From: a plasmid
Strand: one strand, 5' to 3'
DNA: 64,000 nucleotides
Sequence record: NZ_AP023324.1
The notes under the pieces were generated by a model, which was not told the DNA's origin, searched no databases, and was given only the letters and a program-made list of their open reading frames with translations. The translations under genes and the position numbers were made by a program. Shown in pieces: positions 1-10,302 of the stretch; positions within the stretch are counted from its first letter, which is position 1; the number at the start of each line of letters is the position of its first letter.

Positions 1-612
1 ACAGGCCCGCTGATCGCGCCGATCATGCCGCCCGCGCGGTTGGTGATCGACGAGAAACCGGCATAAGAGGAATTGGTCGACAGCAATGCATAGCCGTTCG
101 TGCCGGTGCCCGTCCCGCTGATCGTGCCGCTATTGTCGATCGTCGCGGTCGCGGCCATAGCCGGTACCGGTCTGGCCGATGACGACGCCGTTCGCGCCGC
201 TGACGCTGCCGCCCGCCGCGACCGTCATGGTCAACTGGGCGGAGGAATAGTTGTTGTTGGATGACTGGCGGGTCAGCTGGACGCCCGCCTGGGTGCCGCC
301 ATCGACCTTGCCGCCGATGGTCAGCGTCGAATAGGCATAGCTGGAATTGGTGACGGGGATTTCGACCGCGATCGCCGGTGCGCCGCTGTTCGACACGACC
401 GCGCTCGCCGCCACATTGACCGTCGTGCCCGAGGTCGTGACCTTCAGGCCATTGCTGTCGGTACCGGTGCAGGTCGTGGTCGCATTGCTCTGCGTCGGAT
501 CGGGGGTGCACTGCGCGAAGGCCGGGCCGGCCACCATCACCGCCAGCAGAATCGCGCTCGTCTCCAGAGCGCGCGCCTTTACCTGCCGAACGCGCGGCAT
601 TGCCTTCATCAT
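1..612 (-). CDS. secreted Thr/Ser/Gly-rich repeat protein (signal peptide MMKAMPRVRQVKARALETSAILLAVMVAGPAFAQ), partial at window edge / frame change near 3' end
   Basis: ORF 130..627(-) has a clear N-terminal signal peptide followed by low-complexity T/S/G/N-rich sequence. Overlapping ORF 23..511(-) suggests a frame change. Adhesin-like composition. Confidence 0.4.
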
Positions 613-864
613 GTCTGAAACCCCCAATTGACCGACATTTCCTAGGATGAAGACGATGTCATGTCCACGTCAAAATCGCGTCTTTGCTATATGACCAAAT
701 AGAGACAATTGCCTGTAGTTTACCCATGAAGACAGATGCCTGCATTAACGATGTATTATCGCCGACAGGGCGTAGTTAAGGCATGGGTAATGGAAACGCC
801 CGGTTATTTGAGCGTGCAGAAGGATTTAATGGTGGCGTGAATGGAGACGGTTGAGAGAAGCATA

Positions 865-1382
865 TCAAAGGTGTGGGAGTAACCAACCATCCGGATCAAG
901 CAATTCGAGCTGCGCGCCCTCGCCTGCTGCGCCCATACGCCGCCAATGCCAAAGAACCAGAGCCGTGCCGCCCGGATTTTGTGCAGACGGAACCAGCGCA
1001 CCTTGGGCGCCATCCGCGATCAGCTTGGCGGCTAATGCCCAGCTTGGCGGTAGGACGCCTTCAACCTCAGCGATGCTTTTCCATGGGGCGGTCATGGCTT
1101 GGGCAACATCGTCGTCGCAAGCCCTGTCCCGCCCGTCGGTCAGGTCGGCGATCGCCGTGGCGTCCAGACGATAGGGGGCCAGCGTGCCGGGTCTGGCGAG
1201 GCCTTGATAGAATTCGGCGATCGCGGTCGCATGGTCGGTGCCCAAATACAGCGCCGCCACACCCGGCGGGTTCCAGCGCCCGCCATGAAGCCGCGCTCCC
1301 TCCCTGAAAAGGGTTCGCGCTGATAGCGGATGGTCAGCATTCGCCAGAGCGGGCAGCGAAGGGGGCGGATGGGATAGGTCAT
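865..1382 (-). CDS. RES-family type II toxin (frameshifted; two ORF fragments 1140..1382 and 865..1260)
   Basis: N-fragment LWRMLTIRYQREPFSGRERG and C-fragment MAALYLGTDHATAIAEFYQG...GALVPSAQNPGGTALVLWHW match the RES domain pattern (R-E-S residues, terminal GGTNLVLF-like motif). The frame switches near 1260-1290. Confidence 0.6.
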
Positions 1383-1455
1383 GGCAAAAGGCTAAGCCGG
1401 TGCCGATCCGGGTTGCGATAGCGTGTTCTTGTAGAAAGGCTTTCTACAAGAGCCG

Positions 1456-1812
1456 TCAGGAATACACCCCTTCGGCCATGCGATCGAGGTCGCGCAGGAC
1501 CAGTGCGGCATGGCCTTCCTCGACGAGCTGCTCGGGCGTCTTGCCGAAGCCGGGCAGCGGCTGGTGCCGGAACCAGATGATCGCACGACCCTCGTCTCCC
1601 GACAGCTCGGCCGCGCGCGTGATGATCTGTGCGATCTCCCCGAGGCGCGCTTGGACCGCGGGGCTGCCGGGCTTGGCCGCCATGGTGTTGCGGTTGATCT
1701 GCGCCAGCTTGGCCAGCCGGGTCAGCGGCAGACGCAGGCGCTCGGCCATGCGACGCGGGGCGATTATGTCGTGGTCGCGAATATCGTCCAGAAACGCGGC
1801 GAGCATGTGCAA
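1456..1812 (-). CDS. Xre-like DUF2384 antitoxin partnered with RES toxin (MbcA/ParS-like)
   Basis: 118 aa ending ...AIIWFRHQPLPGFGKTPEQLVEEGHAALVLRDLDRMAEGVYS, the typical DUF2384 C-terminus. Lies immediately upstream of and on the same strand as the RES gene. AAGGAG RBS 8 nt upstream of the ATG. Confidence 0.7.
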   Translation of the reverse strand: MHMLAAFLDDIRDHDIIAPRRMAERLRLPLTRLAKLAQINRNTMAAKPGSPAVQARLGEIAQIITRAAELSGDEGRAIIWFRHQPLPGFGKTPEQLVEEGHAALVLRDLDRMAEGVYS

Positions 1813-1930
1813 ACTCCTTGCCTATAATATGCTCGTCTTTCGCCTGCGCTTCAAGGGCGACACGGTGCGCGAAAGCCCCTAGTCTGCCCTGCCCCGTAGA
1901 GGGAACGGCAACAGGAGCGGGCACGCCAAG

Positions 1931-2917
1931 GTGAAGGAAACCATCGCTTTTTCCAGCGAGGGCATGGATGCGGAGACCGGCTTCGCCCGCTATCGCCAGC
2001 TTTACGCGCAGGGTGCCGATGTCGAGCGGCTGGACGGGCCGTTCCATGCGCGCGTCACCGGCTGGCGGTTTCGCCATATGCTGCTGTTCGACCGGCATTT
2101 GTCGGGCATGGCACATGCCCGGGAGGAGCGGGTGCAGGCCGATGGGTTCGACCATATCGTGCTCCACCATGTGCTGGCGGGCACGCTGATCGGCCATGCG
2201 CGCAGCGGGTTCGAGCAGGCGGGGCCGGGGGACATCGTCTTTCTCGACACGCGGCGCGGCCATCGGACCGAGACGCACGGCCTGCACATCATCACCGTCA
2301 GCATCGCGCGCGACATGATCCATGCCGCGCTCGGCAGCCTCGGCGCGCTGCACGGGCTGGTCGTGCGTGCGCCCGAGACGGGGATGCTAAGCGATTTCCT
2401 GCAATCGCTGGTCCGGAATGCGTCTACGCTCGACGACCGGCATGACGGGGCCTTTGCCCGCGCGCTGATCGAGCTCCTCCCCACGGCTCTGGGCGGCCCG
2501 CGCGACGTGGCGGTGGAGGCCCGGCGGCAGGATCATCTGCGGCGCGAGGCGGTCGAGCAGCTGATCGAGCGCGAGATCGACAATCCCAACCTGACCGGTG
2601 CGGTCATCGCCGAGCGGGTCGGCGTGTCGCGCGCGACGCTCTATCGCCTCTATCAGCGCACTGGCGGGATCGCGCAGCATGTCCGCCGGCGCCGGGTGGA
2701 TGCGGTGCGGCGCGCGCTGGAGGGCGAGGATATGGTCCCGCTGGACGAGCTGGCGCGCCGTTACGGGCTGGGCGATGCCGGGGCGCTGACCCGCGCCTTT
2801 CGCGCCGATCGCGGGGTCGATCCCGACAGCTATCGCCGGACCATGCGCCAGACGCAGGCCGATATGGTCGAGACGGGGACGCGGCGCTGGAACGGCTGGA
2901 TGCGCGAACTCGATTAA
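1931..2917 (+). CDS. AraC-family transcriptional regulator
   Basis: C-terminal HTH_AraC signature (ERVGVSRATLYRLYQRTGG... LDELARRYGLGDAGALTRAFRADRGVDPDSYRR). 328 aa. Confidence 0.8.
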   Translation: MKETIAFSSEGMDAETGFARYRQLYAQGADVERLDGPFHARVTGWRFRHMLLFDRHLSGMAHAREERVQADGFDHIVLHHVLAGTLIGHARSGFEQAGPGDIVFLDTRRGHRTETHGLHIITVSIARDMIHAALGSLGALHGLVVRAPETGMLSDFLQSLVRNASTLDDRHDGAFARALIELLPTALGGPRDVAVEARRQDHLRREAVEQLIEREIDNPNLTGAVIAERVGVSRATLYRLYQRTGGIAQHVRRRRVDAVRRALEGEDMVPLDELARRYGLGDAGALTRAFRADRGVDPDSYRRTMRQTQADMVETGTRRWNGWMRELD

Positions 2918-4220
2918 CGTGCCCGGCGGACCGCAATCCCTGCGGCCGCGCAGCCCAGCACACAGGTCGCGCCCAAGACCATGCCGACCGCATCGGCCAG
3001 CCCCGCCAGCGCCTGGCTGGCCAGCCCGACCGCCCATGGGCCGAGCGCGGTGCCCAGCAGCGTGACGATCGTCAGGAAGATCGCCGTCGCCTCGACCCGC
3101 AGACCAGCGTCGGTCCGCGCCTGAAGCCCGATCATGGCATTGGCCAGCGCCATCGACAGGCCGACGACCGCGAGCGTCAGCGCGGCCAGCGCCATCGCGA
3201 CCGAGGGGCTGCGCGTCAGCGGCCAGAGCGTAAGGCCGCACAGGCCAAGCCCCAGCAGCATCAACCCCGGCGCGACGCGCGCGCCCTGCCCCAGCCGATC
3301 GGACAGCCATCCGCCCAGTCCGTGCCCCGCCATCCCGGCCAGCATGATCGCTAGCCCCACTTGCAGGCCGGCAGGGGGCGGCGTCAGGCCATGCTGACGG
3401 ATCAACAGACTGGCCGACCAGCTGGTCAGCGATTGTAGTGCGAGGACACCGCACAGGGCGGCGAGGATATGCGGGGCGAGCGCGGCCCGGTCGGCGATCA
3501 TCCCTCGCAGCGCCGGTCCCATCCGGGCGGTTGCGGGACGGGCGTGGCGGACCGGTTCCCGCCAGAGATACAAGGTCAGGATGAAGGGCAGCGCCAGCAG
3601 CGCCGCGACGATCAGCACCAGTCGCCACGGCGCGATCCCGGTCTGCGGGGCCAGCGCTGCCAACAGCGCAAGCAGCCCCGCCCCCAATCATCGCCACCCC
3701 GCCCGGGGAGGCGCCGGCGGTGAAGAAGGCGATGCCCCGCCCGCGATGCGCCGGGATCATGGTCAGGACGATCAGGCCGATCGCAGCCGGGCCGATCGCC
3801 GCCTGCGCCAGGCCCATCAGCATCCGGGCGGCAATCAGCGCCTCGACCGACCCCGCCCATCCGCAGGCCAGCGTCGCCAGGCTCGACCCCAGCAACGCCA
3901 GGGCGAGCAGCCGGGCAAGCGGCCAGCGGCGTGCGGCCATGATCATCGGGATCACCGCCAGCCCGTTGATCAGTGCGAAGGCCGGCCTGGACAAAGCCGA
4001 TCGCACCGTCACCCAGATGCAGCGCGGTCTTGATCGGCTCGATCAGGATCGACAGCAGGAAACGGTCGCCCACCGCCAGCATATGGACCAGCGCCATCAG
4101 CAGCGCGACGCCATAGCCTTTGCGTGGCGCCGATCGGGTCAAATCCGTTTCCGTCCTGTTGTCAGCGTGCTCCCATGGCGCGATCCTGTTGCCAGGCGCC
4201 GATAGGATCGGTCCCGTCAT
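2914..4220 (-). CDS. MFS transporter (at least two frameshifts; fragments in three frames)
   Basis: N-terminal fragment GYGVALLMALVHMLAVGDRFLLSILIEPIKTALHL. Middle fragment LMGLAQAAIGPAAIGLIVLTMIPAHRGRGIAFFTAGASPGG sits in the frame of ORF 2387..4012. C-terminal ~257 aa (ORF 2914..3687) has six predicted TM helices typical of an MFS C-domain. Confidence 0.6.
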
Positions 4221-4872
4221 AGGGCGCGGACGGCGCATCCGAAAGCCCGATGCGAACCTGCTCGGGGGGCCAGGCGGCCTGCAAAGTCGATATGTCGTCC
4301 CAGTCGCCGTCCAGCCACCGCGCGCGGTCCTCAGGGGCAACGATCATCGGCAGGCTGGACCAGGGTGTATGGCCGCTTACACAGCCCAGCATCGCGAAAC
4401 AGCGCGCACCGCCATGATCGCGCCACAGCCCCGCCACGGTGAACAACACTTCGTCCGCCAGCGTGAACCATGCCGCGCGCCCGCCCCGCGCGCCCGAGGG
4501 CGACAGCGCGACACAGGCGGCGGTCAGCGGATCAGGCAGCGCTGCGCGGGATGCTTGGCCAGCCGGCGCCACCAGGGCAGCGACAGGCTGAGGATCTGGG
4601 TGGTCGGCCAGCACGCCTCACCCCGCTGATGTCCCATCGCTGGGTATCCAGGATGAGGCCACCCCGCCCCGCCGCAGGACGAAGGCGGGATCGCCGGCGC
4701 GCAAATCCTGCAACCGCGACCAGGCGCCCCGACCCCTGCCCACTTTGGGCCATGGCGAAGTCGCGGCACAGCTCGCTCGCCGTCCGGTCCAGCGTCGCGT
4801 GGTCCGTCGACGGAGCCGCCATGCCGGCCATCGGATGGGGCCGATGATCACGGGACGCTGGCCCAGAGCCAT
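4162..4872 (-). CDS. SOS-response-associated peptidase (SRAP/YedK, DUF159), frameshifted
   Basis: C-terminal fragment FTVAGLWRDHGGARCFAMLGCVSGHTPWSSLPMIVAPEDRARWLDGDW matches the SRAP pattern (F-AGLWE...ILT...PVIL.PEDW..WLD). N-terminal pieces lie in other frames. Confidence 0.5.
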
Positions 4873-5261
4873 TTCCGGCGCGTCACCGAATAGCGGCGCC
4901 GAACCGACTGGCAGAGCAGGACATGACGGCGATGATCATCCTGTAGGGTTACGACCCGAAACAGGACGAAAACCGTCCGCCAGCTGCGCGTCCGCACGAA
5001 CGGAAGCGCCAGCGACACCTTGGGGAAGCGCAGCATCACGATAAGGAACTTTGATCGAGGAATGGCGCGGGACGAAGGGGACGTGGTTGGGCACAACCCC
5101 ATCGCCCCGACGAAGCCAATTTAGATCAAGGGGTTCCGTCTGCCCATCTTGGACACATCACCGTCTCACGAATGAGACGACGGTGGCGGAGAACGTCTAA
5201 ACGGACGGTATGTCCGCACCGATCGCGGCTGCGGCCAGCCCGCGCACATCGACCCGGGCCT

Positions 5262-6548
5262 TCAATCGCGCGCAGAGCAGCGCGCTGCCGCTGATCTTGC
5301 GCTGGACGAACAGCGTCTCGACATGCGGGACATGCCGGTGTCGCGGTCGGCAATCATCGGACGCGTCTCTTCGCGGACCACCGGCACGAAGGCGCGATCG
5401 CCAAAGTCGAAGGGGCCCGGCCGCGCCATCGTATCGTCGATCGCGGCGATGATCCGGTCGACCGCCGGGCGGTGCGCGGCGACCGCCGCCTCGCCCAGAA
5501 AACCCGTCTCCACCGCGATCTCGCGGATGCGGTCGCGGTCATGCGCCAGCCCTGCCTCGATCAGCCGGCGATAGGAGGCGACCGTCTCGGGCGGCACGTC
5601 GCGCGCGGCACCGAAATCGAGCAGGACGAGGCGCTGGGTATCGGGCTGCCAGCGGTAATTGGCGAAATTGGGATCGGTCTGCATCATGCCGAAATCGAAC
5701 AGTTCATGCAGGACCAGATCGATCAGCGCGGTCATCGCGCCATCGCGGGTCACCTGATCGGCCTCGGCCAGCGTCTCGATCGGCTGGCCGGGGATATAGT
5801 CCATCGCCAGCACCAGCGGCGTGGTCAGCGACTTCTCTGGCCTGGGCACGACATAGCGCGGATCGTCCGCCAGTCGCTCGGCGAAGCGACGCATGCGGTC
5901 GGCCTCGCGGATATAATCGGCTTCCTCGGCGAGCTGGGTCTTGGCTTCCGCCAGTAGTGGCTTGAGGTCAATCGCGGGCGGGATCAGGTTGGACACGCGC
6001 AGCAACGTCGCGACATTGTCGACGTCCGAGCCGATGCTGTCGCGCACGCCGGGATATTGGACCTTGATCGCGAGCACCCGTCCATCGGGCAGGGTCGCGC
6101 GGTGGACCTGCCCGATCGAGGCGGCCGCCATCGGCGCGGCCTCGAAATGGCGGAAGCGGCGACGCCAGTCGGCGCCCCATTCGACGCGCAGCACCTTGTC
6201 GAGTTGCGCGGGCGGCATCCGGTAGGCCTGGTCACGGAGCCGTGCGAGGATGGTCTGGAGTTCGGGCGGCAACAGGTCGCCCGCATCCATCGAAATCATC
6301 TGCCCCAGCTTCATCGCCGCGCCGCGCAAATGCGACAGCCGGTCGGCGACGCGCGCGGCATTGCCGGGGGTCAGGACCAGATCGCCCAGCCTCGGCCGCT
6401 CGCCTTGCGCCAGACGCCGCGCGCCCTCGGCCAGCATGCCGCCGGCGACCCCACCCGCGAGCCGGCCGAACGCGCCGGCACGGGCGAAGCGGCCGCTGGG
6501 CACGGCGCGGTGGGTCGGCTTGTCATTGTCATTGGCCATGCCCGGCAT
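5262..6548 (-). CDS. ABC1/UbiB-family atypical kinase (AarF-like)
   Basis: Long match to the ABC1 kinase domain (…AASIGQVHRATLPDGRVLAIKVQYPGV…VLAMDYIPG…LVLHELFDFGMMQTDPNFANY…LLDFGA). The C-terminal ~25 aa may be frameshifted. Likely start MPGMANDND. Confidence 0.75.
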   Translation of the reverse strand: MPGMANDNDKPTHRAVPSGRFARAGAFGRLAGGVAGGMLAEGARRLAQGERPRLGDLVLTPGNAARVADRLSHLRGAAMKLGQMISMDAGDLLPPELQTILARLRDQAYRMPPAQLDKVLRVEWGADWRRRFRHFEAAPMAAASIGQVHRATLPDGRVLAIKVQYPGVRDSIGSDVDNVATLLRVSNLIPPAIDLKPLLAEAKTQLAEEADYIREADRMRRFAERLADDPRYVVPRPEKSLTTPLVLAMDYIPGQPIETLAEADQVTRDGAMTALIDLVLHELFDFGMMQTDPNFANYRWQPDTQRLVLLDFGAARDVPPETVASYRRLIEAGLAHDRDRIREIAVETGFLGEAAVAAHRPAVDRIIAAIDDTMARPGPFDFGDRAFVPVVREETRPMIADRDTGMSRMSRRCSSSARSAAARCSARD

Positions 6549-6780
6549 AGCGGCGGGGATAGGGGTTGGTTCCCTCGGTGCCGTGCAGGAGCCAACAGTC
6601 CGACCTGTCAGAAGGAAAACATGTCGACATGTCTTCAAGTGGGTGAGGCGACAACCGGGGATGGCTCCCGTCTTGACGATAGCAGGCAGGGAGTGAGGCG
6701 CGTCCCAATGTTCGCTACACGCCTCCGTCCATGCCGGCGGCTTGAACCTTTATTTCAATCCCCGGGCCGTGCTCCGATGG

Positions 6781-7332
6781 TCAGCGCAGGATGATGTCGG
6801 CGCCATGTTTGTGCGCCCGGATTTCTTCCTCGGTCAGGCCATTGATCTCGTGTGGGAAGATGAGCCAGTCATTCGTCTCGTGGACGAAAAAGTCGGGCTT
6901 GAGATCGGTCACGTTGCGCGACGGCTTGTAATAGACGGTCGCGACCTTCACCTCGTCCGGCAGGTTGTTCCGGCACCGCTGTTTCAGTTCCTTCAGGAGG
7001 GCGCGGATCGACCGCCCGGAATCGAAGACATCGTCGATCAGGAGCAGGCGATCCTCGGGGTTGAGGACATCCACGAGATGGCCCAGGCCATAGATGCGGA
7101 CCTGCGGCTCCTGCTGGTCGATGCCCGTATAGGAGGCAGTACGGATCGCGATATGGTCGCTCTGGATGCCGCGATATTCGAGCAGCTCCTGAACCGCGAT
7201 GCCGACCGGCGCACCGCCGCGCCAGATGCCGACGATATGGGTCGGCCGAAAGCCGGAGTCGAAGACCAGATTGGCCAGGCGGAAGGAATCCTCCAGCAGG
7301 CGGTCGGCGGACAGATAGATTTTGGTGGTCAA
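6781..7332 (-). CDS. phosphoribosyltransferase-domain protein (purine PRT-like)
   Basis: 183 aa with a PRTase fold motif (RLLLIDDVFDSGRSI) and a purine-PRT-like N-terminus. Confidence 0.65.
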   Translation of the reverse strand: MTTKIYLSADRLLEDSFRLANLVFDSGFRPTHIVGIWRGGAPVGIAVQELLEYRGIQSDHIAIRTASYTGIDQQEPQVRIYGLGHLVDVLNPEDRLLLIDDVFDSGRSIRALLKELKQRCRNNLPDEVKVATVYYKPSRNVTDLKPDFFVHETNDWLIFPHEINGLTEEEIRAHKHGADIILR

Positions 7333-7612
7333 GGATCGTCAATCATTGTTGCGGAGCGGGGCACGAAGCCATCGGCCCCTGATAGGCGCTCCATTTTGGC
7401 GGGCTCCTGCGGGAAGAGCAACCATGGTGTGACCAGACGGAGCCATGGCGAGCGCGTGGGTCGGAAACGTAACGAGGGGCTGTGCCGAGAAAAGTGCCCC
7501 GTTATCGTCTCTTTGTTTCGTCATGCGCTACCAGCTAACGCGTACAATCGTGTCAAATAATCGACGTGTCGAATTGTCTACATGTCGATTAGTAGTAAGC
7601 TCTCCTTTCTGA

Positions 7613-8048
7613 TCATCGGGAAAGCGGCCTCGGGCAGGTCTCCGCCTCATGCTCGAAAGACAGCAGGATCGGGCATGGTCCTGCCGCCCCGTTTCCGCAT
7701 TCGCGGACCAGATGGTCGAGCGCGGCCCGCGCCTTTTGCAACCCCGCGATCTGCACATCCAGCGCCGCGATCCGTTCCTGCGCCAGATCGCGCACCCGCG
7801 CCCGATCATCGGTCGCATCCAGCGCCAGCAACGCGCCGATCTGCGCCAGTGTGAAGCCCGCCTGCTGCGCCGAGCGAATGAAGCGAAGCCGCCGCGCATC
7901 CTCCTCGCCATAACGCCGGATGCGGCCCGCCCTGCCCGGCCCGGGGACGCTCGGGCGTGGCAAGCAGGCCGCGCCGCTGATAATAGCGGATCGTCTCCAC
8001 CCCCACCCCGCCCTCACGCGCCAGCCCCGCGATCGTCCAGTCGGCCAT
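7613..8048 (-). CDS. MerR-family transcriptional regulator, metal-sensor type (frameshifted near 7930-7960)
   Basis: N-terminal HTH MADWTIAGLAREGGVGVETIRYYQRRGLL in one frame. The rest (RRYGEEDARRLRFIRSAQQAGFTLAQIGALL…C..C) is in another frame. Cys-containing C-terminus (CGNGAAGPC) as in CueR/ZntR/CadR. Confidence 0.6.
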
Positions 8049-8181
8049 GATGCCACTCCAACCTGCCAATGACCTTGTGCGGATAAATGCTAGAGAGTTT
8101 GTCAGCATATTATCGCTGGACGCCAAGCGCGGCGAGATAAGGGGCTGGATCACCGGCCCCGTGATCTAGCGCTTCATGGCC

Positions 8182-9206
8182 TCAATCAGCTTCTTGACGT
8201 CGGCTACGTCCACGTGGCAGGATCAGAATGTCTTCGCCGCTTGCTACCACGATCAGGTCCTGTACGCCGACCGCCGCAACACGTACGCCGTCAGTGCGGA
8301 TCAGGCAATTCGTGGTATCGATGGCCAGCACCTCGCCGCGATGGGCATTGCCGAAGCCGTCCAGCTCACTGATGGCGTGCAGGGCATCCCAGCTGCCGAC
8401 ATCGTTCCAGCCCATGGCGACAGGGACTACCGCAACACGGTCGGCACGTTCCATCACGGCATAATCGATCGAGTCTGACGGGCATGCGGCGAAGGCGGCC
8501 TCATCGGGGCAGATGCGCTTGCCGTCGTGCTTGGCTGTACGAACCGCCTCTTCGGCTGCGGCGAGCATTTCCGGCGCATGTCGGCCGAGCTCTTCCAGAT
8601 AACGATCGGCACGGAACAGGAAGATACCGCCGTTCCAAGCGTAGTCGCCCCGCGCGAGCATGGCTTCCGCCCGTTCCAGCTGAGGCTTTTCGACAAAGCG
8701 CGCGACCTGATGCACACCCTTGGCGATCTCGCGACCGACACGGATCCAGCCATAGCCTGTTTCGGGCTTGTCGGCCGCAATGCCAAAAGTGGCGAGCCAG
8801 CCTTGGGATACCATGGGCAGCGCTGCTCGAATGGCGCTGTGGAATGCATCGAGATTTTCGATGACGTGATCCGATGGCATGACGAGCAGCACATCCTCGG
8901 GCTGGGCGACAAGAGCCGCCAGCGCGATGGCGGGTGCGGTGTTGCGGGCAACCGGTTCGGGATCAGCGCACGGGGCGGGGTGCCTGCTTGGGTCAGCTGG
9001 CTTTCGACCAGATCAGTATGGCGTTGTCCCGCCACGACAATCGGGGCTGCAAAACCATCGGTGTTGGTCCGCTGCGCGGTCAATTGCAGCATCGTCTCGT
9101 CCGATGTCAGCGCTAGCAACTGCTTGGGCATTTCCGGCCGTGACATTGGCCATAAACGCGTGCCGGACCCGCCGGACAGGATTACCGGCACGATCAAATG
9201 GTTCAT
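8182..9206 (-). CDS. manC: mannose-1-phosphate guanylyltransferase, NTP-transferase domain (frameshift near 8895-8905 in a C run)
   Basis: N-terminus MNHLIVPVILSGGSGTRLWPMSRPEMPKQLL (G-x-G-T-R-L). The frame-corrected middle reads EPVARNTAPAIALAAL…LVMPSDHV. The C-terminal part matches ManC/XanB up to the end of the nucleotidyl-transferase domain. No cupin domain follows. Confidence 0.7.
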
Positions 9207-9526
9207 GAAGACTTCCTTGCGTCGTCGCGCCATTTGCAAAAATGGGCAATCAGTATCAGTGTTGAAGACGTCATGCGACGCCCGGTTCGCAGGCGCAACA
9301 AGAACGCAAATATCTATGCGTCGCGCTGCCCCAATCTTGCTCGCAGCGGGCATCTCCGCTGCGATAGAGAGTCTACATGTCGACGTATCGGATTGTCGGC
9401 ACTAATGGGACTGGCAAAATGGGACACCATTGACTCCGTACCATGGTACGTCCCCCATATGGGATGCGCACCCTCGATGGAGAAGGACGATGGCCAGCGC
9501 CGCCCCGGACCGCAACCCTGTACCGC

Positions 9527-10237
9527 ATGGTAATGGACACGCATGTCTGTCCCTATGGCCTGAAGGCCAGAGACCTACTGCGGCGCCAGGGCTATCGGAT
9601 CAAGGATCATGCCTTGCGCACCCGTGAGGAAACCGACGCCTTCAAGGCCGAGCATGGCGTGAAGACCACGCCGCAGGTCTTTATCGGGGGCGAGCGGGTG
9701 GGTGGCTATGACGATCTATGTCGCTTCTTCGGCAAGCGCGTCGCCGACCCCAAGGCCACGACCTATCGCCCGGTCGCGGCGCTGTTCGCCATGACCGCGC
9801 TGATGGCGCTGGCCGCGTCGCAGGCGGTCTATGCGACGCCCCTGACCCTCCGTGCTGTCGAATGGTTCGTCGCGTTCAGCATGGCGGTGCTGGCGCTGCT
9901 GAAGCTCCAGAATGTCGAGAGCTTTGCGACCATGTTCCTGAATTACGACCTGCTCGCCAAGCGTTGGGTCCCCTATTCCTATGTCTATCCCTTTGCCGAA
10001 GGGTTGGCCGGTGTCCTGATGCTCGCCGGCGTGGCGGTCTGGGCCTCGGTGCCGATCGCGCTGGTCATCGGTGGCATCGGCGCGGTGTCGGTCGTCAAGG
10101 CGGTCTATATCGACCGGCGCGAGCTTAAATGCGCCTGTGTCGGCGGATCGAGCAACGTGCCGTTGGGCTTCCTATCGCTGACCGAAAATCTGATGATGAT
10201 CGGCATGGCGCTATGGATGCTTATCCGACATGTATGA
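9527..10237 (+). CDS. glutaredoxin fused to MauE/DoxX-like membrane domain
   Basis: N-terminus has a CPYG redox motif and TPQVFIGGERVGGYDDL (glutaredoxin). C-terminal ~150 aa has four TM helices resembling methylamine-utilisation MauE. Confidence 0.6.
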   Translation: MVMDTHVCPYGLKARDLLRRQGYRIKDHALRTREETDAFKAEHGVKTTPQVFIGGERVGGYDDLCRFFGKRVADPKATTYRPVAALFAMTALMALAASQAVYATPLTLRAVEWFVAFSMAVLALLKLQNVESFATMFLNYDLLAKRWVPYSYVYPFAEGLAGVLMLAGVAVWASVPIALVIGGIGAVSVVKAVYIDRRELKCACVGGSSNVPLGFLSLTENLMMIGMALWMLIRHV

Positions 10238-10302
10238 TTGTCGACACGGGGACACGTAGACTTGTGAGAGGGTTATGGGGCTGCTAGCATCGGTGTCGTC
10301 CC

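Noticed and set aside
1379-2353. 324-aa minus-strand ORF overlapping the antitoxin and AraC genes
   Set aside because: Antisense to two well-supported genes, with Arg/Pro/Ala-rich low-complexity translation. A high-GC artefact.
2387-4012. 541-aa ORF on the minus strand spanning the AraC gene and part of the MFS region
   Set aside because: It runs antisense through the well-supported AraC regulator gene. It is Ala/Arg/Gly/Pro-rich with no domain. Only its central segment (about 3700-3990) is real coding, as a frame of the MFS gene. Otherwise it is a typical spurious long ORF of high-GC DNA.
6742-7560. 272-aa plus-strand ORF overlapping the phosphoribosyltransferase gene
   Set aside because: Antisense to a well-conserved PRTase with no recognisable motif. 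Spurious.
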